Shown here: piece after piece, positions 14,199-27,440 of the stretch
Numbering within the stretch: the first letter of the stretch is position 1
How the letters are laid out: each line of letters starts with the position of its first letter
NCBI GenBank assembly: GCA_951406725.2
Contig: OX597832.1
Span: forward strand, 60,016,001 to 60,080,000
Length of the DNA stretch: 64,000 nt
Direction: 5' to 3'
From: Octopus vulgaris
Taxonomy: Eukaryota
Translations under genes and position numbers: made by a program
Notes under the pieces: generated by a model
Seen by the model: only the letters and a program-made list of their open reading frames with translations
Told to the model about the DNA's origin: nothing
Databases searched by the model: none

Positions 14199-14719
14199 AT
14201 GCGTAAGAGTGAGTGAGTGAGTGTGTGTGTATGTGTATGTGTGCGTAGGAGTGCGTGGGAGTAAGTGTGTGTATGTGTGTGTGTGTCTTTGCGTGTGAGT
14301 GTGTGTATGTGTGTGTATATTTGTGTCTATGAATTTATATGTGTTAATTTCTATGAGTGTCAATGCGCATTTGCTTATAGTTAAGATGACATACATGTAT
14401 ACTGTAATGTAATAATCTCAAACAAATAGCGGTACTCAGAGGATTTAGTCTGTGGTTGTACGAGAAATGCAAATACTCACGCGTAGAAACACAAACAAAC
14501 GCACAATTATACAATGCTGTAACGGTAAAACCTTTGTGTTATTTATATATGCTGCGAATGCTAAAAGGTAAAGGACTTAATATTCATAGTAAAGGTGAGA
14601 ATACGTTTATTGTATAATAAATATTTGACAGTAAACCTCGAGATTCGTGTGGCACATAAACATCGCAGTCACGACCATCCGCTAGGCGAAACCAGACAGG
14701 CCATTATATGTGCACGAAT

Positions 14720-14821
14720 ATAGATAGATAGATAAATAGATACATACATACATACATACATAAATACATACATACATACATACATACACGCATACAGGAT
14801 AGATAGATAGATAGATAGATG

Positions 14822-14853
<32 letters not shown>

Positions 14854-15014
14854 TCTAAGTAGGTAGGTAGGTATGTAGGTAGGTAGAATGATAGATAGAT
14901 AGATACATACGTACATTCATGATAGATAGGTAGGTAGATAGGTAGATACATAGATACATACAAACATACATAGATACATACATACATACATACATACATA
15001 CATGGATGGATGGG

Positions 15015-15078
<64 letters not shown>

Positions 15079-15100
15079 CAGACAGATAGATGGATGGATG

Positions 15101-15180
<80 letters not shown>
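14720..15180. repeat. Compound (GATA)n/(CATA)n/(GGTA)n microsatellite
   Basis: Direct reading. Confidence 0.95.
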
Positions 15181-15411
15181 TACAATGGCATTTCTTTATT
15201 CAAATATGCAAACTTACTCAGCAAAAAAGAAAAACTGCATTAATTTGTATACACAGCGTATAACGTATGTATAATCAATATGTGTATACATGAAGCACGG
15301 ACAAAAATACCCGAATTGGTTTAACGCAATGTCTGTGCAATGTCGAAGAGGAAAAGTTTATTTGATTTCAGAAAATATTTCTGGATGTTTATGTGTTACA
15401 TTATATAGGAT

Positions 15412-15455
<44 letters not shown>

Positions 15456-15542
15456 TATATATATATGTATGTATGTACCTATATACGTATACATTCTTAC
15501 GTATAAGTGTGTGTGCGTGTACGTTTGTGTGGGATATATATA

Positions 15543-15600
<58 letters not shown>

Positions 15601-15735
15601 TATTTATATGCATGTAAGACCGTTTGTCAATGCATACGTGTGTGTGTGTGTGTATACATATATACATACATACATACATACTTACATATATGTACATGTG
15701 TGAATACATGTATATGTGTGTGTATGTGCATATAC

Positions 15736-15785
<50 letters not shown>

Positions 15786-15862
15786 GAAGTTGATAGTTCA
15801 AACTATTCATGTTTGAAATATTTAAGCAAATACATGCTTATTTTTTTGAACATGTGCATGCA

Positions 15863-15894
<32 letters not shown>

Positions 15895-15914
15895 CACCCA
15901 CCCACACTGACACA

Positions 15915-15948
<34 letters not shown>

Positions 15949-16402
15949 TACGTACGTGCTCGGTGCGGGGGCAACACTAGCCAACTTCAAAAGATTCTTT
16001 TTTCTTTTTACCGTTTCTTGCAAATGTCTCCTGCGTTGAATGGCTGATGTGCAATGGTGATGACAAATGGTAAGAATATGGCAGTAGCCATTTTTTTTTC
16101 TTCCTCTTAACTTCGAGTAATTAATTATAACACACCGAAACATCACATGCCATCACACCACCACCACCTCAACCACCACCACATCCACCACCACCACCAC
16201 CAGCCTAATGTCTTCGCCGTAACTACTGTTTCTTATTTCTCTACATCTTTTTTTATTTATCTCTGGTTCAAATTCTTCACGTTTTATTATCTTTTTTCTC
16301 AATAGTGTATTTATTGGTCTTGTGTTCATACTTTTTAGTTGTTATCACAGAATTTTTCACCTGTGTGGATTCCACATGTATTTTTGCATGTATGTATGTA
16401 TT

Positions 16403-16460
<58 letters not shown>

Positions 16461-16463
16461 TAA

Positions 16464-16496
<33 letters not shown>

Positions 16497-16502
16497 AATA
16501 TG

Positions 16503-16548
<46 letters not shown>

Positions 16549-16590
16549 TCATATACATATGTGTATATATACATATGTATTTAGGATATG

Positions 16591-16633
<43 letters not shown>

Positions 16634-16670
16634 TTATATACATATGTGTATATATACATATGTATTTAGG

Positions 16671-16712
<42 letters not shown>

Positions 16713-17049
16713 GGTGCAGGCTTATATCTCCGTGTCTTTGAATGTATATATCACTATGTATTTTTGTGCATGTGTATAAATATATATGTGTCTATCTATC
16801 TATATACATAAGCATGTGTGCATGTATAAAAACTTACACACACACACAAAGATACAGGTGTACATATGTTAATGTGTTTCTGAATGTACATATGAATATT
16901 TATATAAATATACACACATATATATATATGAAACATACAATTACTATGTCTATATTTATATACATATGTGTAGGTATATACGTATATATTGAATTACATA
17001 TAATCACATACATATAACCATAAATATATATATACATATATGTATATGC

Positions 17050-17080
<31 letters not shown>

Positions 17081-17827
17081 TGTATGTATGTATGTATGTA
17101 TGTATGTATGTATGTATGTATAAGTGTGTATGTTTACATGTGTGTTTGAAGTTTTTCAGCCATTTTCTTCTCCGAATACTGAACGTAATTTCTCAACTCG
17201 TCTTGGCGTTCATCTTATAATATACGCATCCCTGTTGCTTTTTGCTGTTTTGTATATTCAGCGAATGTTTTTCTTCAACTTTAAAAAGGCTACTTCTGAC
17301 CTAGGGATGAGAAAAATATTTAAAAGTAAGTTTAACAAGTAAACAATAACGAGGCCTGAAAATTTGCAGAAAAAATAAATTGTGACGCAAGTCTTTTAGA
17401 AGAAACGATATGACAAAGTATAGAAATATATACGTACACACACATACACACACACGTACAAAGGTACATACATACATGCATACATAAATACATACATACA
17501 TACATATATATATATACATAAATACATAAATACATATGTACATATATAAATACATACATCCGTACGTATGTAACATATATATATAAATACATACATGCCT
17601 ACATACATACGCACACACCATACATACAGACAGACAGACAGACAGACTTACATTTACACACATACATACATACATAATAGTAGAATGCGCAGAACCGGAT
17701 TAAGGGGTACAGGTTTCGATTCCCTGTAGCTTGGCTGACCATTATTTTTCGTGTTCTAATAGTATGTATCCGATATTCTAAGCCGTTTTCACTGCCTTTC
17801 AGCATTCGCAAACACCTTTATTGTGAG

Positions 17828-17899
<72 letters not shown>

Positions 17900-17997
17900 G
17901 CGTGTGCGTGCATGTGAAAGAGCGCCCGTGCGCGAGTCTCTGTGCCATTCGGTTTTATTTCAAGATTTCTTGCTAATAGAGAAAGAACCGGTAGTTA

Positions 17998-18071
<74 letters not shown>

Positions 18072-18083
18072 TGTATGTATGTA

Positions 18084-18481
18084 GGCGCAGGAGTGACTGT
18101 GTGGTAAGTAGCATACTTACCAGCCACATGGTTCCGGGTTCAGTCCCACTGCGTGGCATCTTGGGCAAGTGTCTTCTACTATAGCCTTGTGAGTGGATTT
18201 GGTAGATGGAAACTGACAGAAGCCCGTCGTATATATGTATATTTGTATGTATGTATGTGTGTGTATGTTTGTGTGTCTTTGTTTGTCCCCCCACCCAACA
18301 TCGCTTGACAACCAATGCTGGTGTGTTTATGTCCCCGTAACTTAGCGGTTCAGGAAAAGAGACCGATAGAATAAGTACTAGGCTTACAAAGAATAAGTCC
18401 TGGGGACTCTTTGCTCGACTAAAGGCGGTACTCCAGCATGACCACAGTCAAATGACTGAAACAAGTAAAAGAGTAAAAGAG
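18084..18481 (+). mobile_element. SINE family A
   Basis: Full head-to-tail copy ending AACAAGTAAAAGAGTAAAAGAG. Confidence 0.92.
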
Positions 18482-18868
18482 TCATACAACAAGATGCACC
18501 ATTATATAAGATGACCCAGAATCTTATGCGTCATCCAAGGAGACTTGATAATATCTTCCTGCCGCCAACGACCATGCGTGTCGTAGCATGCATAGTCATT
18601 CCCTTTGTGTTAACAATTATTCATGCGCTCGTGTCGGGTTGGACTAACCTGGACTGCAAACCTGGATGAGGTGAATTGATCGACCAGTCAAGGTGACACT
18701 CAGCCTGAAACAATTCTCATACGTTTCGTTCGATGATATTCACATAATTGTTGACAATATGAAACTATATAAAAATCTGCAAGAAACTGTAAAAAGAAAT
18801 TGGTGCCATAGAATCCAGGAAAACGGTCTTATGAGTCTATGACGTCAGAAGAATCGTTGAGTTTAGCT

Positions 18869-19081
18869 TACTCTTTTACTTGTTTCAATCATTTGACTGC
18901 GGCCATGCTGGAGCACCGCCTTTAATCGAGCAACTCGACCCCGGGACTTATTCTTTTGTAAGCCCAGAACTTATTCTATCGGTCTCTTTTGCCGAACCGC
19001 TAAGTAACAGGGATTTGAACACACCAGCATCGGTTGTCAAGCAATGCTAGGGGGACAAACACAGACACACAAACACACACA

Positions 19082-19116
<35 letters not shown>

Positions 19117-19268
19117 GACGGGCTTCTTTCAGTTTCCGTCTACCAAATCCACTCACAAGGCTTTGGTCAGCCCGAGGCTATAGTAGAAAACACTTGCCCA
19201 AGGTGCCACGCAGTGGGACTGAACCCGGAACCATGTGGTTGGTAAACAAGCTACTTACCACACAGCCA
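18869..19268 (-). mobile_element. SINE family A
   Basis: Reverse-complement copy, tail-to-tail with 18084-18481. Confidence 0.92.
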
Positions 19269-19584
19269 GCCATTTGACTAAGGCCATGCGGGAGCAGTGC
19301 CATGAAGGGTTTTGAATCGAAAAAATCGACCGTGCACCCATTCGGGGAACATAGATTTGATGGAGGGGCAGGAGTTAATGTGCAGCACGAACATTTGGTC
19401 ACTATAAACAAATCATTTGCGAAGGTCGTTTGGCAAAATGCTTATACGTCGTCTTCGACGGGAGGGGGAATAATATACACACGCGCGCGTACACACACAC
19501 ACACACGCACACACAAACACATGCACAAACACTCACGCACACACGCACACATATTTACATATATATATACATAAATATATCTAC

Positions 19585-19630
<46 letters not shown>

Positions 19631-19661
19631 GCATATATATATATACATATATATATATACA

Positions 19662-19713
<52 letters not shown>

Positions 19714-19906
19714 TGTATACATACATTTATATGAATACATATATATATTACGTAGCAGTAAAGAATTGATATTGAATCAGTGCGTGTGCTGTTATTATTG
19801 TCGTAATGACCCTCTGAGGATACAAGAAGATTCGTTCCAACACACGAATTCACATCAAGTCTCTGGCAAACTAAATACAAGGACGAAGTGTGTGTGTGTA
19901 TATGTG

Positions 19907-20012
<106 letters not shown>

Positions 20013-20080
20013 GCATACATATATATATATGCATAAATTTATATGCATGTATGTATGCATGTACGTACGTATGTATGTAT

Positions 20081-20586
20081 ACGTGCGGATTTGTATGTTG
20101 TGCTTTGTATTCTCATGCACATAGTTGCATATCTAGAGATGCTCATATATATTTAAATGATAAACGTCTGGAAAGTTTTACAGATTTTTACAGTTCCACT
20201 GATGGATTGGATCTGTAGATTTCGAATAAGCTTTCTCCTTTCTAGTTTTGAGAAGCGTAATTTCTCAAGATTGGAATTTAGGCACTGTGCTACATATCCC
20301 AGGACTCCAGTAATTACGGGTATACACCTGAACTTGTAATCTGGATAGAACAACTGTAGATTCCTCAATAGATCAGCGTAGGTATTCTCTTTTTCACTGA
20401 TCTTCAGCTTTATGTTAATATCCGCTGGGCCGCTGATTTCAAAAACAGTGCACAGTTTCTCTTCTCTATTCCAGATCATTATATCAGGCTTTTTGTGCTT
20501 ACATTTTATTGAGGTCTTCACTGGGACATTCCACCAGCATTCCTTATAATTACGAGTGGCTATGGCTTGTACCATACTGTGGGTTG
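20081..20586 (-). mobile_element. 5'-truncated RLE-type (R4-like) non-LTR retrotransposon 3' end in (CATA)n
   Basis: ORF 20153-20605 reads WWNVPV..KPDIMIW..FEISGP..EKENTY..IPVITGVLG, a PD-(D/E)xK-type restriction-like endonuclease. Short 3' UTR; (CATA)n on both sides. Confidence 0.85.
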
Positions 20587-20901
20587 TATGTATATATGTA
20601 TGCATGTATTATGTATGTATGTATGTATGTATGTATGTATGTATGTATGTATGTATGTATGTATGTATGTATGTATGTATGTATGTATGTGCATGTATGT
20701 ATGTCTATATACTGACGCCTAAATTAAACAGTCTTTGAGTTATTGCTTACATTTTTCTCTCGGTCGTTAATTGAAAATACACATTAAAACATTCACACAC
20801 TCTCGCAAAGCACAGACAAACACATACAAATAACACACATCGATCTGTCCACCTATCGCCCCTCTCTGTCTCTGTCTCTCTTTCACTTTCCTTGAGCCTC
20901 C

Positions 20902-20975
<74 letters not shown>

Positions 20976-20981
20976 CTCTCT

Positions 20982-21019
<38 letters not shown>

Positions 21020-21056
21020 ATACCATATAATGTACACATATATATTTGTATGTTTA

Positions 21057-21090
<34 letters not shown>

Positions 21091-21978
21091 ATACAAATAC
21101 ACACACAAGCAAACACACACAAACACACTCACACACACAGACACACACACATATATATATGCATATATTTACATATGTACATACATACATACATACATAC
21201 ATATATAAAAAAAAACCGTCACACATATATATTAAATGAAGTTTTGTTTGTTCGTTTTCAATTAAGTACTAAATATAATTTGTCATCATGTACTTGAAAA
21301 GCTAACTACGTTTTCAACCGTTTTCAATGTATCTTTTTTTTTTCTTCTAATAAATTCCTATTCATCTTATTTATTATATTAAAACGTCAAATCGCTTTAG
21401 TCTGTTAAATTTTTACGCAGGTGTAAATGTATTGGAAGAAATTTCAATTATAATTTTTATACCAACTCACTTTTTTCCTTTTTTTTCTTCTGTTGTCCAT
21501 CAAATGAAACATGTCCAAATTTATTAATTGCTTCAAAATATAATATGTATGTATGTGTATTTGTGTGTGTGTATGTATGTGTATGTATGTGTGTACGTGT
21601 GTACACGCGTATAATGAAATATAATTATGGCTAATACGAAAGGGCAGTAGAAAATATTTTGCCCATATTAATGTGAATATATATATATATATATATATAG
21701 AAGATATATATTATATATAAATATACATATATATATGTATGTATATATATATATATATATATATATGCATGTATATATATATATTTGTGTATGTATGTAT
21801 ATATTGATATATATATATATGTATGTATGTATGTGTGTATGTATGTACGTAAATTATATGTTTAATATATTATATATATGTTATAAATATATATATTATA
21901 TTAATATGAATATATGTATTACATTATTTTGTTGTGTCTAGGGAGAGTCATTATGCCGATATATTATATTAAATATAC

Positions 21979-22065
<87 letters not shown>

Positions 22066-22066
22066 A

Positions 22067-22175
22067 TATATCACGTCAAATAAATCGAGTCTCGTCCGAT
22101 CACTGAATTCAAGCAATGTCGGGCCTAGTAGGTATTTAGATGGGTTACCGCTTGAGAAACCCAAGTACTGTAAGC
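22067..22175 (+). pseudogene. 5S rRNA-derived sequence (5'-clipped pseudogene or head of a 5S-derived SINE)
   Basis: TCTCGTCCGATCACTGAATTCAAGCAATGTCGGGCCTAGTAGGTATTTAGATGGGTTACCGCTTGAGAAACCCAAGTACTGTAAGC is colinear with metazoan 5S rRNA (box A and box C recognisable), with many substitutions. Confidence 0.85.
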
Positions 22176-22380
22176 AACACACACTGGCCTTGTGAGGATT
22201 ATCAATCCGGGCAAAATACTTCATAAGCCCTCTGTTGGCACACCAGGCTAAGAATATTACTTAGATCAGTGAAAAACACTAGGTCGTCTTTTAGTAGGGT
22301 CTAACGTTATGGTTCATCACACTTCTATATTGTAAATATGTGGTTGGTCTCCAGACAAACTGGTTTTTACACAGAGTGGT

Positions 22381-22757
22381 ATATAAGAAACAAGTTACAA
22401 CTAATGGTCATTGCTAATAATTCATTTGTTGGAGCAAATTTGGCTTACAGCTGTTTCCAGATACATTACTGATAAGTTTACTCAATTGGTCTATTGGTCG
22501 ATTGGGACAAATTGAGATATCTTAGAAAATTAATGCTGCTTTCGAGAGAGCCATTTCCTCCAGTGCTCTGCTTGGTATAACCAGAAATGGCTCTGACGAA
22601 AGTGGTATTAATTTTCTTAGATCTTTCATTTTGCCTCAGTTGACCAATGGAACAATTGAGTAAACCAGTAATGTACCTATAATGACTACTGGAAACAGCT
22701 GTGAGTCAAATTTGTTCTAATAAAGGAAAATATTTAATGGTCATTGTTTTTAACTTC

Positions 22758-22768
<11 letters not shown>
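22381..22768. repeat. Long fold-back: two ~180-bp inverted arms, each a degenerate hammerhead-bearing unit
   Basis: 22381-22557 is the reverse complement of 22584-22768. The right arm reads ggct-CTGACGA...GAAA-cagctg-TG-agtc. The left arm (minus strand) reads ggct-CTCTCGA...GAAA-cagctg-TA-agcc. Confidence 0.9.
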
Positions 22769-22791
<23 letters not shown>

Positions 22792-23013
22792 TCCAGTAAA
22801 TATTGGTGCATTGTTGTACTGCTATCCTATATTTATACTTTAACCTTATGGTGTTTTGTTTTACTGGGAAGCAATACTACTGTATAGCACTAGTTAATAT
22901 TTTTTTCCTTGAAAGCATCTAGTATGTTTACAAATATATATTAATACAAATACACATATGCACACACACGCGTACACACACACACACACACACACACATT
23001 CATGTGTGTGTGT

Positions 23014-23679
23014 CACAAGAACAAGCATTAAGAACCAATTACATCAAATACAGAATAGGCAACACATCAGAAAGTGATAAGTGTAGAATTTGTGGACAAA
23101 ATGGTGAAACTGTATGGCATATTACCAGTTAATGTACGTCACTAGCCCAGAAATAATATAAGAGACATCATGACAATATAGCAAAGATTGTCCATTGGAC
23201 ATTTTGCAACAAGTATGGACTTGAAAAAGCAAAAAAGTGGTATGAACATGAACCCGAAGTCATCGTCGCAAAGATCATATGGGATTTTATGATTCAGTGG
23301 CCATGAGATAGAGAATAGGAAGCCAGACATAGTGTTAACTGAGAAAGAAATCAAACGATGCCTAACTAACAAAAAGGTATGCGATAAGGATGAAAGAAAA
23401 GCCGATAGATCTGACAGGTTAGCTTGGGAAGTTAAGCAGTTGTGGTCGCTGAAAAAGGTAGTAGTAGTACCAATAATTGTCGGAGCAAAATTCTTGAGAA
23501 GTACATGGAACAAATAGGGGCTGAAATTAGGGTGGAGCATTTGCAGAAAACAGCACTGCTTGGAACCGCACGAATACTCCGGAAGGTGCTCGAAAAATAA
23601 GAGGTGTTACCTTAGTTCACTGGTTGTGAACAGCTGACAATGTAATACATCTCCAGCGTTAGAAGCTGTGCAAAGGCAA

Positions 23680-23680
<1 letters not shown>
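23014..23680 (+). mobile_element. R4/Dong-clade non-LTR retrotransposon 3' fragment (CCHC finger plus restriction-like endonuclease), pseudogenised
   Basis: Translation gives QEQALRTN..CRICGQNGETVWHITS*C..RHHDNIA..KIIWDF..RKPDIV..VPIIVGA..LQKTALLGTARILRKVL*, with stops and frameshifts. The 3' end runs into (TAC)n(TAA)n. Confidence 0.92.
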
Positions 23681-23714
<34 letters not shown>

Positions 23715-23717
23715 ATG

Positions 23718-23751
<34 letters not shown>

Positions 23752-24089
23752 GGGTGGGGGAGCATCATAGCCGTGTGTTGAAAGGACTTCTTAGAGGTTT
23801 GGCTAATTCACATTTGGAAATATGGGTGTTTCGTTCAACATCCTTAAACAACCCTTATTCAGGGACCTTTTAGCAGGATAGGCTACTCGACCAGAAGAAA
23901 ATTCTAACTGGGCCCCACCTGCAAGGTCATGCGCTGTTTATCATGATATGAGATCACCATGTCGCGCACACATGGTTGTGATGCATGTGCCTGGTGTACC
24001 CTTATCAGATGGGTAGTCGTGATGGGTATACTGAACTTCGTATATTTTACCCCAGTGTCACTTAGATAGCATGCACTGCTCTCTCAGTC

Positions 24090-24090
<1 letters not shown>
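23752..24090 (+). mobile_element. Family C repeat, 5'-truncated, in (TAA)n
   Basis: Reverse complement of ~12058-12397, with (TAA)n on both sides. Confidence 0.85.
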
Positions 24091-24129
<39 letters not shown>

Positions 24130-24131
<2 letters not shown>

Positions 24132-24297
24132 CCTTTCTACTATAGGCACAAGGCCTAAAATGTTGGAGGAGGGGCTAGTCGATTTCACCAACCCCATTGC
24201 TCAACTGTGATGTATTTCATTGACCCCTGAAGGAATGTAAGGCAAAGTCGGGATTTGAACTCAGAACATAAAGATGGACGAAATGGCGCTAAGCGTT
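24130..24297 (-). mobile_element. SINE family B (partial)
   Basis: Contains GGCAAAGTCG..TTTGAACTCAGAAC and the TCCTTTCTACTATAGGCACAAGG tail. Confidence 0.75.
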
Positions 24298-25219
24298 AGT
24301 AAATACTAATACGGCGTTTTCAATGCTTGTTGTTTTCAATAGAGCAGTTGCTAGTATTGTTGTTGTTGTTGTTGTTGTTGCAGTTTCTGCTACCGCTGCC
24401 ACTAGTGCGACTGCTGCTGCTGCCACTGCTGCTGCCACTATGGCTGTGGTTATGACCGTCATCGCCGTCAGCGTCGTTATTGAAGTAATTTAGATTCCGT
24501 TTTGTTTCGACACGATGCAACTTCCCTTTATAGCCTGCAGTAGATTTAAACATCGATCAATGATATCGATAGGAAGCTTACAGATTGTTCCTCCTCCACA
24601 CACATACACATATTCTCTCCACCCACCTATCCTCTCCCTTCCTCTCCCCCCCTCTATCTCTTCTAATTCTCTCCCACATCCAAATTAGAATTAAGGGTAT
24701 AATTAACCTTTAACCCTTCAGATTAGTTCTGGAATCCCATTAAAGATAACTAGATTATCTAAACTTAAGGATTTTAATCAACATTTCGGTAAAGGTGTAC
24801 AGAAATAGATTAATGAGTTTTGCTAAGTTTTTAATTATACCTGACCTCTCTACCCGTTTGCCAGTCTGCCGCGAATATTTTCTCGATTTCACACTTGCAT
24901 ACGATATTAAATATTTAAAGGGGGAACCGTCCGGTGGTGGCAGCGTGAAGAGATTAATAACAATGACTATATTTATCTTTTTATTCTTGCATGTTTGTTT
25001 GTGTTTTGTCTTTTGTTGTTTTTGGTTTGTTTTTTTTGGTTTTTTGGTTTCTCTTAAGAATTCGATTCTTTTATCGGAATTGGTGTAACAAATATTCCTT
25101 TTTCCTCCACCTTTTCTCTTGCGCCAAGCCTATTGCTACATAACTACAAAAATAAAATTAAAAAAAACACCCGGAGTTACAACAAAATCACACATATACA
25201 CATAACAGGAAGACACACG

Positions 25220-25277
<58 letters not shown>

Positions 25278-25345
25278 TATATATATATATACATGCATAC
25301 ATATATATGCATACATGCATACATTGATATATATGTATATATATA

Positions 25346-25383
<38 letters not shown>

Positions 25384-25959
25384 TTAATATACCATATATA
25401 TACATGCATACATATATATATATACATACATGCATGCATTAATATATATATATATATACATACAGTTATATATATATATGCATACACATATAGATATAAA
25501 TTTGTACGTATTTATGCAAGTATGTATATCCCTATCGATATGTCTGTCATTCTTTCTCTTCATATATACATATACAAACATATACATACAGATACACACA
25601 CACACATATATATAAATACATACATACAAAGAGTTACTTAAATATGGCAGTGTTTTACTACATACATACACATACATATACACATACATACACATATACT
25701 CTCACATGTGCATACGCATACACATGCCTACATCTGCACACATAACGCTTTATACATAAATATCTCAGAGAGGATGAATACAACGACCACGCTCCTTTGT
25801 TTGTGATAGAATTTGCCCTTTCAACCCTCAACACAACACAAAGCAAAATATACAAATATACAAATATACAGATATACATATATACAAATATATAAAAAGA
25901 AAAATCTTGCTGGAACCGAGTTTTGGGATACATCTCAAAGTAACGATGGTCATCATGAT

Positions 25960-26246
25960 GCTGGTCGTGATAACAACAACAACAATAACAATAATAACAA
26001 TCTGGAAAATAATAGCAATAATAATAATGAGGATGAGGAGGGTGAGTATGGCGGTGACGATGACGATGATGATGGTGATTATGATGGTGATGAGGATGAC
26101 GATGACGATGACGATGATGATAAGGATGAGGATGAGGACGGTGATGGTGACAAAGATGATGATGATGATGAGGACGGTGACGGTGACAAAGATGATGATG
26201 ACAGTGATGATGATGATGATGAGAATGTTAATAATAATGGTGGTGG

Positions 26247-26279
<33 letters not shown>

Positions 26280-26280
26280 G
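25960..26280. repeat. Degenerate (GAT)n/(AAT)n trinucleotide tract
   Basis: Direct reading; source of the poly-D ORF. Confidence 0.9.
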
Positions 26281-26385
26281 CAAGGTGCTGATGGAAATTG
26301 CAGTGTTTGTAGGGGGTGTTGTATGGGGATGACATGGCCCTGTGTATGCGTGGGCGGCGGCAGAGTTGTAATAGGATTCTCTCTC

Positions 26386-26442
<57 letters not shown>

Positions 26443-26939
26443 CTATCTATGTATCTATCTATCTCCCTGTTATATGGATACGATTTGAACTTTGACCATT
26501 TTAACCAAATTTCACGGCCGATAGAAGAATATCTAATTAACAACGTTGAAAGAGCGACATGCAAACGAATCGTTGACCCATTATTGATATCTGTATATAT
26601 CGTTAATTTAAATCTTGTTTCGGCACCTTGACAACGTAGCCGCCAGACATTACACACACACACACACAATATGGTTCGTTTTCCCAACCCTCCTTCCCCT
26701 CATCTCCTCCCTTTCTCCCTCCTTCATCACTTTCATCGCATTCTGCTTCCTTCATTGTCTACATCTTCCCCTCCTCCTCCTCTTTCTCCACTCCTCCTCC
26801 TTCCTCATGTTTTTCTCTTTCTCTCTCTCTCTTTCTCCTATCATCTTAGTTTCCTCCTTTCTTCATAATATTTATCTTTCATTCATTCACTTCTTCCCTT
26901 GACCCTTCTTTGTCGTCGTCCTCCCGATCGTCATTTCCA

Positions 26940-27132
26940 TCATTTTCATCATCATCATCATGACCACCATCATCACCATCATCATCACCATCATCATCAT
27001 CATCATCCACATCATTATCATCATCCACATCATCACCATCATCATCATCCACATCATCATCGCCATGATCATCATCGTCATCATCATCATCTCATCATCA
27101 TCATCGCCATCATCCACATCATCATCACCATC

Positions 27133-27164
<32 letters not shown>

Positions 27165-27198
27165 CATCAACATCATCATCACCATCATCATCATCATC

Positions 27199-27230
<32 letters not shown>

Positions 27231-27284
27231 CCACATCATCATCGCCTTGATCATCATCGTCATCATCATCATCATCATCATCAA

Positions 27285-27341
<57 letters not shown>

Positions 27342-27440
27342 CATCACCATCAACCACATCATCATCGCCTTGATCATCATCGTCATCATCATCATCTCAT
27401 CATCATCATCATCGCCATCATCATCATCATCACCATCATC
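26940..27440. repeat. (CAT)n tract with internally duplicated variant blocks
   Basis: CATCGCC(A/T)TGATCATCATCGTCATC recurs three times within (CAT)n. Confidence 0.9.

Noticed and set aside
17675-17745. tRNA gene (A-box-like TAGTAGAATG and B-box-like GTTTCGATTCC)
   Set aside because: No cloverleaf can be folded; at best a decayed tRNA-derived fragment.
22067-22175. Functional 5S rRNA gene
   Set aside because: The 5' end is missing, there are many substitutions, no terminator follows the 3' end, and it is not in a tandem array.
24320-24553. Ser/Gly/Asn-rich ORF
   Set aside because: Low-complexity trinucleotide tract, non-ATG start, no domain.
25813-26631. 272-aa ORF with a long acidic poly-D/N tract
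   Set aside because: Derived from degenerate (GAT)n and running through (CT)n/(CTAT)n; several frames are open, and I see no domain or convincing splice context.
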